Shown here: in pieces, positions 38,386-47,389 of the stretch
How positions within the stretch are numbered: the stretch's first letter is position 1
Layout: each line of letters opens with the position of its first letter
From: Minisyncoccota bacterium
GTDB taxonomy: Bacteria > Patescibacteriota > Minisyncoccia > Phycocordibacterales > Phycocordibacteraceae
NCBI GenBank assembly: GCA_028695415.1
Contig: JAQVIY010000001.1
Location: 113,067 to 177,066 of the forward strand
Direction of reading: 5' to 3'
Length of the DNA: 64,000 nt
Translations under genes and position numbers: made by a program
The notes under the pieces: generated by a model
Database searches by the model: none
Told to the model about the DNA's origin: nothing
What the model saw: the letters and a program-made list of their open reading frames with translations, nothing else

Positions 38386-38502
38386 CTATTTTTTAAAGAC
38401 GATGACGAGAACGTGTACGAGACTGATAAGCGTGCTCATAAAGCCTGTCCAGAACGCATACACTTGTAAATGAGCTGCTGAAAGTTTCCGGTGCTTCTTC
38501 AT
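38386..38502 (-). CDS. Putative small single-TM peptide (38 aa)
   Basis: Translated manually: MKKHRKLSAAHLQVYAFWTGFMSTLISLVHVLVIVFKK; TGGTATCCT -10-like box 9 nt upstream. Confidence 0.5.
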   Translation of the reverse strand: MKKHRKLSAAHLQVYAFWTGFMSTLISLVHVLVIVFKK

Positions 38503-38582
38503 ATGTACAAAAGGATACCACGCGAATATTGCTCTCACCGAGCGTATCCACTTCCCTATCCGTTTCTAAAAAATCGACCGTA

Positions 38583-39350
38583 TCAACACGAAACGTTTGT
38601 CGTGATGTAATCGTACGCCTCGTCAACAGAATCGACGACGGTATAGAGATCCATATCGCCCTTATCGATGGCGGCATGACCCTGATAGATAGTCTTTTCG
38701 ATAAAGCCGAGCAAGGGGCCCCAGTAATCCTTGCCGTAGAGAATGATAGGAACCTTGCGTATTTTCTTGGTCTGAACGAGCGTTACTATTTCGAAGAATT
38801 CATCGAGCGTACCGAATCCGCCCGGGAAATAAATATATACTTCGGACGCGTACGTCAGCATCACTTTGCGTACAAAGAAGTGGTCGAACCCGAATCGCTC
38901 GGTAAGGAACGGATTATAGCTCTGAGACTCCGGCAGATTGATATTGAGCCCAACCGAGGCACCGCCGACCTCGAAGGCGCCTTTATTGGCCGCCTGCATG
39001 ATACCTGAGGAGCCGCCAGTGACGATGGCAAAACCTTTTTCTGCGAGACGCTTCGCCAACTCCTCAGCGCGTTCATAGGAGTCGTCGCCTAAGGTCGCGC
39101 GCGACGAGCCGAAGAATGATGCGGCGAGGCCGTGTCGGCGAATAATATCAAACCCTTCGACAAACTCTGACATTATCTTGAAAATGCGCCACGATTCTAT
39201 CTTCCTCGGCTTACAGACGAGCAAAGGCCGATCCTCGGCTTCGGGCATCGTACGCCCGCCTTCGTGAACTACCTGCGCGAGACGTTCGGTTGTCTTATGA
39301 ATACCCGCTGATTGGATAATCGGCTCTTCGCCGGTAATGTCCTCATTCAT
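38583..39350 (-). CDS. LOG family nucleotide-binding protein (TIGR00730-like)
   Basis: TGGSSGIMQAAN, FFVRKVM, PGGFGTLDE. Confidence 0.92.
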   Translation of the reverse strand: MNEDITGEEPIIQSAGIHKTTERLAQVVHEGGRTMPEAEDRPLLVCKPRKIESWRIFKIMSEFVEGFDIIRRHGLAASFFGSSRATLGDDSYERAEELAKRLAEKGFAIVTGGSSGIMQAANKGAFEVGGASVGLNINLPESQSYNPFLTERFGFDHFFVRKVMLTYASEVYIYFPGGFGTLDEFFEIVTLVQTKKIRKVPIILYGKDYWGPLLGFIEKTIYQGHAAIDKGDMDLYTVVDSVDEAYDYITTNVSC

Positions 39351-39399
39351 GCTACGCAGTATATCACTCCTACGCCAAGGCTTCGAAGTGCACAGCAGG

Positions 39400-39582
39400 C
39401 TAGATGCCTTTGCAATTTGTCACCGGAGCATAACTCGTCTCCGGTCCTGCTTCAATTCCCGCTAAAAAGCCAAACCAGAAACTTGCGGACGAAGCGGCGA
39501 AAAGAATGCCGAATATCAGGATATCTCGCGGCACCCGTGCGAGGAGGCTTTTGCATTTTTCGCGCGCTTCTGCTATAGTCAC
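39400..39582 (-). CDS. Small membrane protein, possibly an internally deleted remnant
   Basis: 60 aa, one TM; TGGTATAGT 8 nt before the GTG start. Confidence 0.55.
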   Translation of the reverse strand: MTIAEAREKCKSLLARVPRDILIFGILFAASSASFWFGFLAGIEAGPETSYAPVTNCKGI

Positions 39583-39601
39583 TGGGTAACACTATACCAC
39601 T

Positions 39602-39874
39602 ATGGCATCGACTAAAGCCGGCGGATCCGCGAAAAACCTCACTGATTCTAACCCAAAATATCTTGGGGTGAAGCTCGCTGACGGCTCTGCCGCCCGCCCG
39701 GGCATGGTCATCGTTCGCCAGCGCGGTACGAAGATCGAGGCAGGCAAGAACGTCCGCGTAGGCAAGGATCACACGCTTTTCTCCGTCGCTACCGGCAAGG
39801 TCGCTTTCCGCACCCGCCGCAAGGTGAACTTCACCGGACACATCGTTTCTAAGAAAGTCGCCGAGGTTATCTAA
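39602..39874 (+). CDS. rpmA: 50S ribosomal protein L27
   Basis: MASTKAGGS, IVRQRGT, GKDHTLF. Confidence 0.97.
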   Translation: MASTKAGGSAKNLTDSNPKYLGVKLADGSAARPGMVIVRQRGTKIEAGKNVRVGKDHTLFSVATGKVAFRTRRKVNFTGHIVSKKVAEVI

Positions 39875-39877
39875 AGC

Positions 39878-39916
39878 AAAAAACAAGGTTCGACTGAAAG
39901 GTCGAACCTTGTTTTT
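39878..39916. terminator. Bidirectional terminator
   Basis: AAAAACAAGGTTCGAC-loop-GTCGAACCTTGTTTTT between convergent rpmA and rplI. Confidence 0.85.
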
Positions 39917-39944
39917 ATTCACACTTTTCTGTTTTTCTCTTGAG

Positions 39945-40388
39945 TTATTCTGCTTCGACAATAACGGTGAATGCACCGAATATATCGCCGGCAGAAACCG
40001 GGATAGTGAACGTGCCGAGCTCCTTGATCGGCTTTTCAAGCTTTATAGCATCTTCAGGAAGGTCGATATGCGCCTGCTCTTTGGCTGCTGCTCTTATTTC
40101 GGGCGTGCTCACGGCATCGTAGAGGTGGCCTTTTTCATTTGCCTTCATCCGTATGACGATACGCGCTTCGGCGAGCGAGGCGATATTCTCTGCGAGGAGT
40201 GCATTTTCGAGCGCATTCTGGTCGACCGACTGTTTGCGGCGCGTCTCAGCTTCTTTCGAAGCAATCCCCGTTGCGGCAATAGCGAACTTCTTAGGAATAA
40301 GATAATTGAGCGCGTAGCCGTCTGCGACGTCTATTTCGGTGTGCGCCCGCCCCATCCCTTTCACATCTTTTATCAGTATAACTTTCAT
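39945..40388 (-). CDS. rplI: 50S ribosomal protein L9
   Basis: MKVILIKDV.G.G, DGYALNYLIP, PIKELG. Confidence 0.95.
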   Translation of the reverse strand: MKVILIKDVKGMGRAHTEIDVADGYALNYLIPKKFAIAATGIASKEAETRRKQSVDQNALENALLAENIASLAEARIVIRMKANEKGHLYDAVSTPEIRAAAKEQAHIDLPEDAIKLEKPIKELGTFTIPVSAGDIFGAFTVIVEAE

Positions 40389-40407
40389 ATATCCCCAGCC
40401 TACCGTA

Positions 40408-41664
40408 TTACTTCCCTGTCGTCAAAAATTGAATAGCGCGGGTCATTTGCGAGTCGTTACCCTTTGGCGTATCGGCTTTCTTATACTCAACCTTGATGTC
40501 CGGCGTGACGCCGTTGCCCATGATCCAATGGCCAGCGGGAGTTATCCAGCGCGCAACAGTAACCTTCAAGGAACCCCCGCCGAGGTCGATGAGCGTCTGT
40601 ACCGAGCCTTTGCCGAAAGTCTGCGTACCAATAACGGTCGCCGCCTTATTGTCCTGCAATGCGCCGGCGAGAATCTCAGAAGCCGAAGCGGAGCCGACAT
40701 CAACGAGCACGACTATTTTTGTACCCTTAGGCAAATCGGCGTATCCGTAACTCGTGTGTACGACATTGTCTTCCTTGCCTCCAAAATCTTCGGTGACTAT
40801 CTTCGCACCTTTCGGCAAGAAGTGACTCGCAATATCGACTGCCGCATCGAGATACCCGCCCGGATTCCCGCGCAAATCGATGATGAGTTTCTGCGAACCT
40901 GACGCCTGGAACCGGCTGAACGCCTGCGCAAAAAGATCAGCAGAATTTGAAGTGAACTCGTAGAGGGCGATGCGATAGGCGCCCGTCGCCTCATCAACGC
41001 TTTCATCGGTCTCGGGCACCTGTATCGTCTGACGAGTTATCTTGAAATCGAGCGCTTTGCCATCGCGGATAATAGAAAGGTCAACCGTTGTGCCGATGGC
41101 TCCCCGTATCTGGCTCACTGCCTTATCGGTAGAGAGCCCATCGGTAGACTTGCCATCAATGGCGATAATCTGGTCGCCCGCCTTGACCCCGGCGTCCTCT
41201 GCAGGGGTACCCTTCAATGGCGCGACGACGGTGAGCACGCCGTCCTTCACGTCTATCTCCATGCCAACGCCGGCAAAACTGCCTGAGATGGTGTCGGCAA
41301 ACTCTTTCGCTTCTTTGGGCGGGAAAAAGACCGTGTATGGGTCGTTATAGGAGGAGGCGAGTCCCGCTATTGCGCCAAGAACGCGGTCGCGCGCCGAGGG
41401 GAGCGTCGAGGATGCATGAGTAATGACATAATTCGCTTCGAGCGCATTCCATGCCTTCCAGAAGTCGGCAAGTTCGACATTCGATGCCGGAGTCGCGTCG
41501 AGTCCGTCGCCAATAAGCGGGATATGCGAGACCACTGCGGCGGCGGAACTACTCCCGCCAGCGACTGCGAGACCCGCGCCAAACGCGAATACCGCAATAA
41601 GCGCTATCGAGATGCCGCGTGCAGCGATCGCACGTCCTCGCTCATAAGCTTCTTTCGCGTCCAT
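40408..41664 (-). CDS. S41 C-terminal processing peptidase with PDZ domain
   Basis: DPYT, GVG, DLRGNPGG, SASASEI, TFGKGSVQ. Confidence 0.93.
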   Translation of the reverse strand: MDAKEAYERGRAIAARGISIALIAVFAFGAGLAVAGGSSSAAAVVSHIPLIGDGLDATPASNVELADFWKAWNALEANYVITHASSTLPSARDRVLGAIAGLASSYNDPYTVFFPPKEAKEFADTISGSFAGVGMEIDVKDGVLTVVAPLKGTPAEDAGVKAGDQIIAIDGKSTDGLSTDKAVSQIRGAIGTTVDLSIIRDGKALDFKITRQTIQVPETDESVDEATGAYRIALYEFTSNSADLFAQAFSRFQASGSQKLIIDLRGNPGGYLDAAVDIASHFLPKGAKIVTEDFGGKEDNVVHTSYGYADLPKGTKIVVLVDVGSASASEILAGALQDNKAATVIGTQTFGKGSVQTLIDLGGGSLKVTVARWITPAGHWIMGNGVTPDIKVEYKKADTPKGNDSQMTRAIQFLTTGK

Positions 41665-41700
41665 GTCGGGATAGTGTACCATATATGGTATCCTAGACGT

Positions 41701-42621
41701 ATGATTTTCCGGTACGAGTATCCTGGCGGCGTGTGGGTCGACCTTGAACGACCGACCGAGGAAGAAATACGAAGTGTTGCGCACGAATTTTCGATAAGCG
41801 AACGAATGGAGACCGAGCTGTACTCCCCTACCCCGTCGCCCTTGGTCGCCGGCGATGAAGGAGCGACGCTTCTCGTGCTTCATTTCCCCGAACATGGCGC
41901 CGAAGGCGCTAAGGATAAAAAACAAGAGATAGACTTCGTCGTCGGGAGCCGCTTCATACTGACTGTGCGTTACGAAGTCATCGTCCCCCTCCACCATTTG
42001 AAGAAGCTCCTCGAAACACAGAAGATAGTCACTAACCACCACAACGCTATATCCACCGACGTCCTGCTCGAGATACTCTTCGCTCATCTGTATACGTCTG
42101 TCCGCGATCATACGAACCACGTCGCCGACACCCTTGCACATGTCGAACGCGACATGTTCGACGGACACGAGCGCAATACGGTGCGGCTCATATCAGACGT
42201 CAGCCGCGAATTCCTTCACTTGGAGGCCGCGCTTGCCAATCAGGAAGAGTCATTCGGACGCTTTCTCAAGGTGCTTACTCAACGCGACTTCTTCGGCGCT
42301 TCATTCGCCGAGCGCGCTGACCGCATCTTCGCGGAACACTCGCAAGTCGCGCGGCTTATCAAGACGCACCGCGCTATCTCGACCGAACTGCGCGAGACCA
42401 ATATCGCCCTTCTCGAGGTGCGTCAGAACGAGATCATGAAAACACTTACTATCGTGAATTTCATCTTTCTGCCGCTCGGTCTTATCAGCTGGACATTCTC
42501 TATGCGCACCGAGGGTATGCCTATTATCGATTCACCGAACGCATTTTGGATAATCCTCGGCATTATGCTCGGCGTCACGGTGCTTTTGACCGCGTTTTTC
42601 ATTCGCAAACGCTGGCTCTGA
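41701..42621 (+). CDS. CorA-family divalent cation transporter
   Basis: WVDL..PT.EE, NEIMKTLT, two C-terminal TMs; FSMR in place of the GMN motif. Confidence 0.85.
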   Translation: MIFRYEYPGGVWVDLERPTEEEIRSVAHEFSISERMETELYSPTPSPLVAGDEGATLLVLHFPEHGAEGAKDKKQEIDFVVGSRFILTVRYEVIVPLHHLKKLLETQKIVTNHHNAISTDVLLEILFAHLYTSVRDHTNHVADTLAHVERDMFDGHERNTVRLISDVSREFLHLEAALANQEESFGRFLKVLTQRDFFGASFAERADRIFAEHSQVARLIKTHRAISTELRETNIALLEVRQNEIMKTLTIVNFIFLPLGLISWTFSMRTEGMPIIDSPNAFWIILGIMLGVTVLLTAFFIRKRWL

Positions 42622-42625
42622 TCCT

Positions 42626-44086
42626 ATGGAATGGCTCTCGCGGATATTCGGCAAAAAGGAGCAGACGGGGCACGCGCGCCCCGCACAAGTATTCTTTTTC
42701 AATACCCTTTCAGGCAATAAAGAGCTTTTCATTTCTCAAAAACCGGGTATTGCGACGATGTATACCTGCGGTCCGACGGTCTACGGACAGCAGCACATCG
42801 GGAACCTGCGCCCCGGGATGCTCTCCGACACTATTGCGCGCACGCTCGGTGCTGCCAATTATCGAGTTCATCGAGTCATCAACATCACCGATGTCGGCCA
42901 TCTGGTCGGCGACGGCGACAAGGGAGCCGATAAGATAGCCGTCGGCGCCGAGCGAGAGAAGACGACCCCGCAGGCGATAGCCGACCGGTATGCAAAACAA
43001 TTTATTGAAGATCTCGCCGACCTCAATATCGATACTGCCGACATCGATTTTCCACGCGCGACCGACTATATCAAAGAGCAGATAGCGCTCGCCAAAACGC
43101 TCGAGGAGAAAGGATTCGCCTACTTTCTGCCTGATGGTCTTTATTTCGACACACAAAAATTCCCCGGATACGGGAAACTCGGCGGGCTCGGCGGAGCGCA
43201 TCTTACCGCCGGCGCACGCGTCGAGGTGGTCAAGGGTAAGCGCCACCCGTCAGACTTCGTACTCTGGCGCAGGGCAAAGGTCAACGATCTCCAGCAATGG
43301 GATAGTCCATGGGGGCGCGGCAACCCGGGCTGGCATATCGAATGTTCCGCGATGATACGCTCTCTACTCGGTCAAGAGATAGATATTCATACCGGCGGCG
43401 AAGACCTCGCGCAGATACACCATAACAACGAGATAGCACAGTCAGAGGCCGCATCGGGTCGGACATTCGTCCACTACTGGCTCCACAACGCGTTCCTCAC
43501 CATGAGCGGCGAGAAGATATCGAAGTCTCTCGGCAACGTCGTACACCTCTCCGACATTATCGCTAAAGGATTTGACCCGCTCGCGCTCCGCTACTTCTAC
43601 TTGCAGGCGCACTATCGCACTCCCCTTTCCTTCTCGTGGGACGCGCTCGCGGGTGCCGCTGAGGCGCTCGGGCGGCTCCAGAGACTTGCGCGTGATATAG
43701 CTGAAGAGTCGCGTCGGGTAAGCGAGCCATCAGAGGCGCGAGAGCGATTCTTAGTCGCGATGCGTGATGATCTCTCGACCCCTCAGGCGCTTGCCGTCAT
43801 TTGGGAGGTGCTTCGAAGCGAGGAGTACACTCCCGAAGAGAAATGGGGTCTTATTCTCGATGCTGAGGCGCATCTCGGTCTCTCGCTTACCAACTCGACT
43901 GCTCCTGCGCCCAGAGAGAGCGCCGCTGCCCCGAAGGAGGTGCTCGACATGCTCGCAAAACGCGAAAAAGCCCGTATGGACAAGGATTTTGCGTCTGCCG
44001 ATCGCCTCCGAAGCGATATCGAGAACAGTGGATATCGTGTGGATGACGGCCCGAACGGCCCGGTGTTGACGCGGACAACTCTTTGA
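42626..44086 (+). CDS. cysS: Cysteine--tRNA ligase
   Basis: CGPTVY..HIGN, PGWHIECSAM, KISKS. Confidence 0.97.
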   Translation: MEWLSRIFGKKEQTGHARPAQVFFFNTLSGNKELFISQKPGIATMYTCGPTVYGQQHIGNLRPGMLSDTIARTLGAANYRVHRVINITDVGHLVGDGDKGADKIAVGAEREKTTPQAIADRYAKQFIEDLADLNIDTADIDFPRATDYIKEQIALAKTLEEKGFAYFLPDGLYFDTQKFPGYGKLGGLGGAHLTAGARVEVVKGKRHPSDFVLWRRAKVNDLQQWDSPWGRGNPGWHIECSAMIRSLLGQEIDIHTGGEDLAQIHHNNEIAQSEAASGRTFVHYWLHNAFLTMSGEKISKSLGNVVHLSDIIAKGFDPLALRYFYLQAHYRTPLSFSWDALAGAAEALGRLQRLARDIAEESRRVSEPSEARERFLVAMRDDLSTPQALAVIWEVLRSEEYTPEEKWGLILDAEAHLGLSLTNSTAPAPRESAAAPKEVLDMLAKREKARMDKDFASADRLRSDIENSGYRVDDGPNGPVLTRTTL

Positions 44087-44099
44087 TAGAATAGAGGGA

Positions 44100-45458
44100 A
44101 TGGCAGCCGCAGACCGCGTTCCTCCCCAATCGCTCGAATCAGAGCGCGCCCTCCTCGGCGCGCTTCTCTTGAAGCCCGATGCTATCCACGATGTTTCTGA
44201 TCTTATACGTCACGATTCTTTTTATGCCGAAAAACATCGGTTGATATTCAGCGCAATGCGCGAGCTCGCTGAACGCGGCGAGCCTATTGATCAGCTCTCG
44301 CTCTCCGAACGCCTCCAGGGCCAAGGGCTTCTTGATCGAGCCGGCGGCAGAAGCTACCTCGCCGAGCTCGCAGGATCGGCACCGACCCCGGGTAATTTCT
44401 CGCACTATGCCGAACTTGTCTCGCGCAAGTATCTGATGCGTTCGCTTATTGACGCCGCCTACGGCATTACCGAATCCGCCTACGACGACGCGCGTGAGAC
44501 GATGGAGGTGCTTGATGAGGCCGAAAAAAGCATCTACGCTATCGGCAACGCATCTGCGGCGCATAAATTCACCGCCATCGGTGACAAGATACACGCGGCA
44601 TGGGAACGCATTGAGGCGCTCTCCCAGAAGGAGGACGGGATACGCGGCGTTCCCTCGGGCTTCCCTGCCCTCGATAATCTGCTGTCTGGCTTCCACCCTT
44701 CTGATCTCGTCATTCTCGCCGCCCGACCCTCGATGGGTAAGACATCGCTCGCGCTCGATATCGCACGCAATGCTGCGGTCCGTCATAACGTCCCCGTCGG
44801 CATCTTCTCGCTTGAGATGAGCTCTGAACAACTCATTGACCGCATGCTCGCGGCGGAATCGTTTGTGAACTCCTGGAAGTTGCGTACCGGCCAAGTGAGA
44901 GAGGAGGCGGACTTCAATCGTATCCGCGATGCGCTCGAAGTACTCTCGAAGGCGCCGATATTTATCGATGATAAGCCGGGTAATAATATCCTCGCGATGC
45001 GCGCGGTCGCGCGACGGCTCAAACGCGAGCGCGGCATCGGGCTCATCGTCGTGGACTATCTCCAGCTTATGGCGCCTACGTCAACCAAGGCATCCGACTC
45101 GCTCGTCCAACAAGTGACCGAGATATCACGCTCGCTCAAGGGGCTCGCGCGCGAGCTCGAGGTGCCGGTCATTGCGCTCTCTCAGCTCTCACGCGCCGTG
45201 GAACAACGCGGAGGTAAGCCCCGTCTCTCCGACCTGCGCGACTCCGGCTCTATCGAACAGGACGCCGATGTCGTGATGTTCATTCATCGCGAAGACAAGC
45301 GCGACCCGGGGAGCGACCGGCCCGGTATCGCCGAGATTCTTATCGAGAAGCACCGAAACGGCCCCACCGGCTCGACTGAGCTTTTCTTTGATGAGAAGCG
45401 CGCCACCTTCCAACCCGTTGATACTGCCGGCTACGGCGCTCTCGCGGCAGAATTCTAA
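44100..45458 (+). CDS. dnaB: Replicative DNA helicase
   Basis: AARPSMGKT, FSLEM, VDYLQL, DLRDSGSIEQDAD, KHRNGPTG. Confidence 0.98.
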   Translation: MAAADRVPPQSLESERALLGALLLKPDAIHDVSDLIRHDSFYAEKHRLIFSAMRELAERGEPIDQLSLSERLQGQGLLDRAGGRSYLAELAGSAPTPGNFSHYAELVSRKYLMRSLIDAAYGITESAYDDARETMEVLDEAEKSIYAIGNASAAHKFTAIGDKIHAAWERIEALSQKEDGIRGVPSGFPALDNLLSGFHPSDLVILAARPSMGKTSLALDIARNAAVRHNVPVGIFSLEMSSEQLIDRMLAAESFVNSWKLRTGQVREEADFNRIRDALEVLSKAPIFIDDKPGNNILAMRAVARRLKRERGIGLIVVDYLQLMAPTSTKASDSLVQQVTEISRSLKGLARELEVPVIALSQLSRAVEQRGGKPRLSDLRDSGSIEQDADVVMFIHREDKRDPGSDRPGIAEILIEKHRNGPTGSTELFFDEKRATFQPVDTAGYGALAAEF

Positions 45459-45473
45459 TCTCTGTATCGTATA

Positions 45474-46742
45474 ATGGCTTCAGTGACTAAAAATGCATCT
45501 GCGCTTGTTCTCTTGAAGAATTTTGCCTTCTTCTGGCTCTTCCTCGCCGCATACAAATTCGGAGCGGTGCTTCACTATTCGCTCCTCTCTCCGCTCGGTT
45601 CAGAGCTTATGCCGCTTTGGGTCGTGGGGTTTCTTATCGGCGGCGAAGCATTCTTCCAGATGCTGCTTGATGTGCCGGCCGGACACCTCGTAGACCGGTA
45701 TGGGCGCAAACGAATGCTCGGTATCGGCCTCATATCGTTTCTCATCGCGGCTTTATTGCTTATGCAGCTTACGGTCACGTCATATATCGCCAGCATCGTG
45801 TTCAGTCTCTTCGGGTGGCTCTTCCTCTCACCGGCAGTGAATGCCTACCTCCTCGCCTATACCGAGCACACATCAAGCGGCCGATTCCTCTCCTTCCGCG
45901 ATACATTTTCTTCGCTCGGCATGGCCTCGGCGAGCATCGGCCTCGTGTTCATTCTCGCTCTCACGCCCGCCTCTATGGGTCTCATTCTCCTCGTCTCATT
46001 CCTCGTTTCCGCCGTTTTCCTTTTTATAAGTCCGAAGGATAAGAGCTATAACGTCCTCGAACAGAAGCTGCCGGCTCAAGGATTCCACATCCGTCGAACA
46101 TTCCTGAAAGATGCAGTGCGGGCGTTCAAACGACTCAATATCGCAAGCAAGATGCTCTCGGCATACTCGTTCTCTGGAGGGGTGTTCTATGGAACGGTCT
46201 GGTTCGTCGTCCCGCTCCTCATCGCGTCCGATATCAGTACAGAATTTCTCGGCATCGGGCTTGGCGTGTTTGACTTCGCCATCGTCACGCTCGGGTTCGT
46301 CATTGGCTCTATCGTTGACCGCAGCGACAAGCGTCTCCTCGTGTTTTACGGTCTCCTTGTATTCGCGATTATGGGTATGGCACTCGGATTTTCTTTCGGC
46401 CCCCTCTTCCTTCTTTTCGGCTTCCTTGCGACCGCGGGCGACGAGACGACGAATCTCTCGCTCTGGTCATGGCTCCATTCACTCGACAAGGAACACGCGC
46501 ACGACGGCGCGGTTGCCGGAGCTATCTCGTTTACCGAAGATATGGGTTACACCGTCGGCCCGATACTCGCCGGCGTCACCTTCAGTGTGTTTGGCCCGAC
46601 GTGGGCGATAGTCATCGGGGCGTTGCCGCTTCTCGTCCTCTGGGTCGCCTACTCATTCTTCGTGCGACCGGTACACTTTGAGCTCCCCTCCCTCGAAGTA
46701 CCGCAGATGCCAATGCGGCGTCGACATAAGGGGTATCGCTAG
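45474..46742 (+). CDS. MFS transporter
   Basis: About 12 TMs; GHLVDRYGRK motif A. Confidence 0.88.
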   Translation: MASVTKNASALVLLKNFAFFWLFLAAYKFGAVLHYSLLSPLGSELMPLWVVGFLIGGEAFFQMLLDVPAGHLVDRYGRKRMLGIGLISFLIAALLLMQLTVTSYIASIVFSLFGWLFLSPAVNAYLLAYTEHTSSGRFLSFRDTFSSLGMASASIGLVFILALTPASMGLILLVSFLVSAVFLFISPKDKSYNVLEQKLPAQGFHIRRTFLKDAVRAFKRLNIASKMLSAYSFSGGVFYGTVWFVVPLLIASDISTEFLGIGLGVFDFAIVTLGFVIGSIVDRSDKRLLVFYGLLVFAIMGMALGFSFGPLFLLFGFLATAGDETTNLSLWSWLHSLDKEHAHDGAVAGAISFTEDMGYTVGPILAGVTFSVFGPTWAIVIGALPLLVLWVAYSFFVRPVHFELPSLEVPQMPMRRRHKGYR

Positions 46743-46744
46743 CT

Positions 46745-47347
46745 ATGGACCATATCGATGAACTCGCAAAAGCGTTTGCACGGCTTCCTGGCATAGGTCC
46801 GCGCCAGGGAAAACGGTTCGTCTACCACCTCCTCTCGGTGCCTTCGGCTGAACGTACAAAATTTTCTGAGCTCATCTCTTCCTTAGGGAAAGAAGTACGG
46901 CAGTGCCCCGAGTGTATGCGTTTCTACAATGGAACTACCGCGATGGTTTGCATCTATTGTTCTGATACGCGACGCGACGATACGCAACTAATGCTCGTCG
47001 AGAAAGACCAGGATCTCGCCGCTGTCGAGCGCGCCGGCACCTATCGAGGGCGCTATTTCGTCTTGGGCGGCGTGCTCACGCTTTCAGGAAAGGGCGCGAT
47101 ACGCGAAAAGGAGCTCATACGAATCACTGAGAAGCGCTTGCAAGGAAATCTGAGTGAAATCGTGCTCGCACTTTCGGCGACAAGCGAGGGCGAACACACG
47201 AGCGATAGGGTGCGCGAACTCCTCGCGCCCTATCGCAACCATCTGAAGATATCGGAGCTCGGCCGCGGCCTCGCAACCGGCTCTGAGCTCGAATACTCCG
47301 ACCCCGAGACCCTGCGTGCCGCCCTTACGAATCGTAAAGAATCCTAA
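46745..47347 (+). CDS. recR: Recombination mediator RecR
   Basis: LPGIG.R, C4 zinc finger, Toprim YFVLGG...EGE.T, ELEYSD. Confidence 0.94.
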   Translation: MDHIDELAKAFARLPGIGPRQGKRFVYHLLSVPSAERTKFSELISSLGKEVRQCPECMRFYNGTTAMVCIYCSDTRRDDTQLMLVEKDQDLAAVERAGTYRGRYFVLGGVLTLSGKGAIREKELIRITEKRLQGNLSEIVLALSATSEGEHTSDRVRELLAPYRNHLKISELGRGLATGSELEYSDPETLRAALTNRKES

Positions 47348-47351
47348 CCGT

Positions 47352-47389
47352 AAAGAAAAACACTGCCCTCGAGGGCAGTGTTTTTCTTT
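47352..47389. terminator. Bidirectional terminator
   Basis: Perfect palindrome AAAGAAAAACACTGCCCTCGAGGGCAGTGTTTTTCTTT between convergent genes. Confidence 0.85.

Noticed and set aside
41665-42168. Long N-terminal extension of the S41 peptidase in the ORF track
   Set aside because: It is antisense to corA; the real start at 41664 is supported by a following signal/TM segment and an adjacent -10 box.
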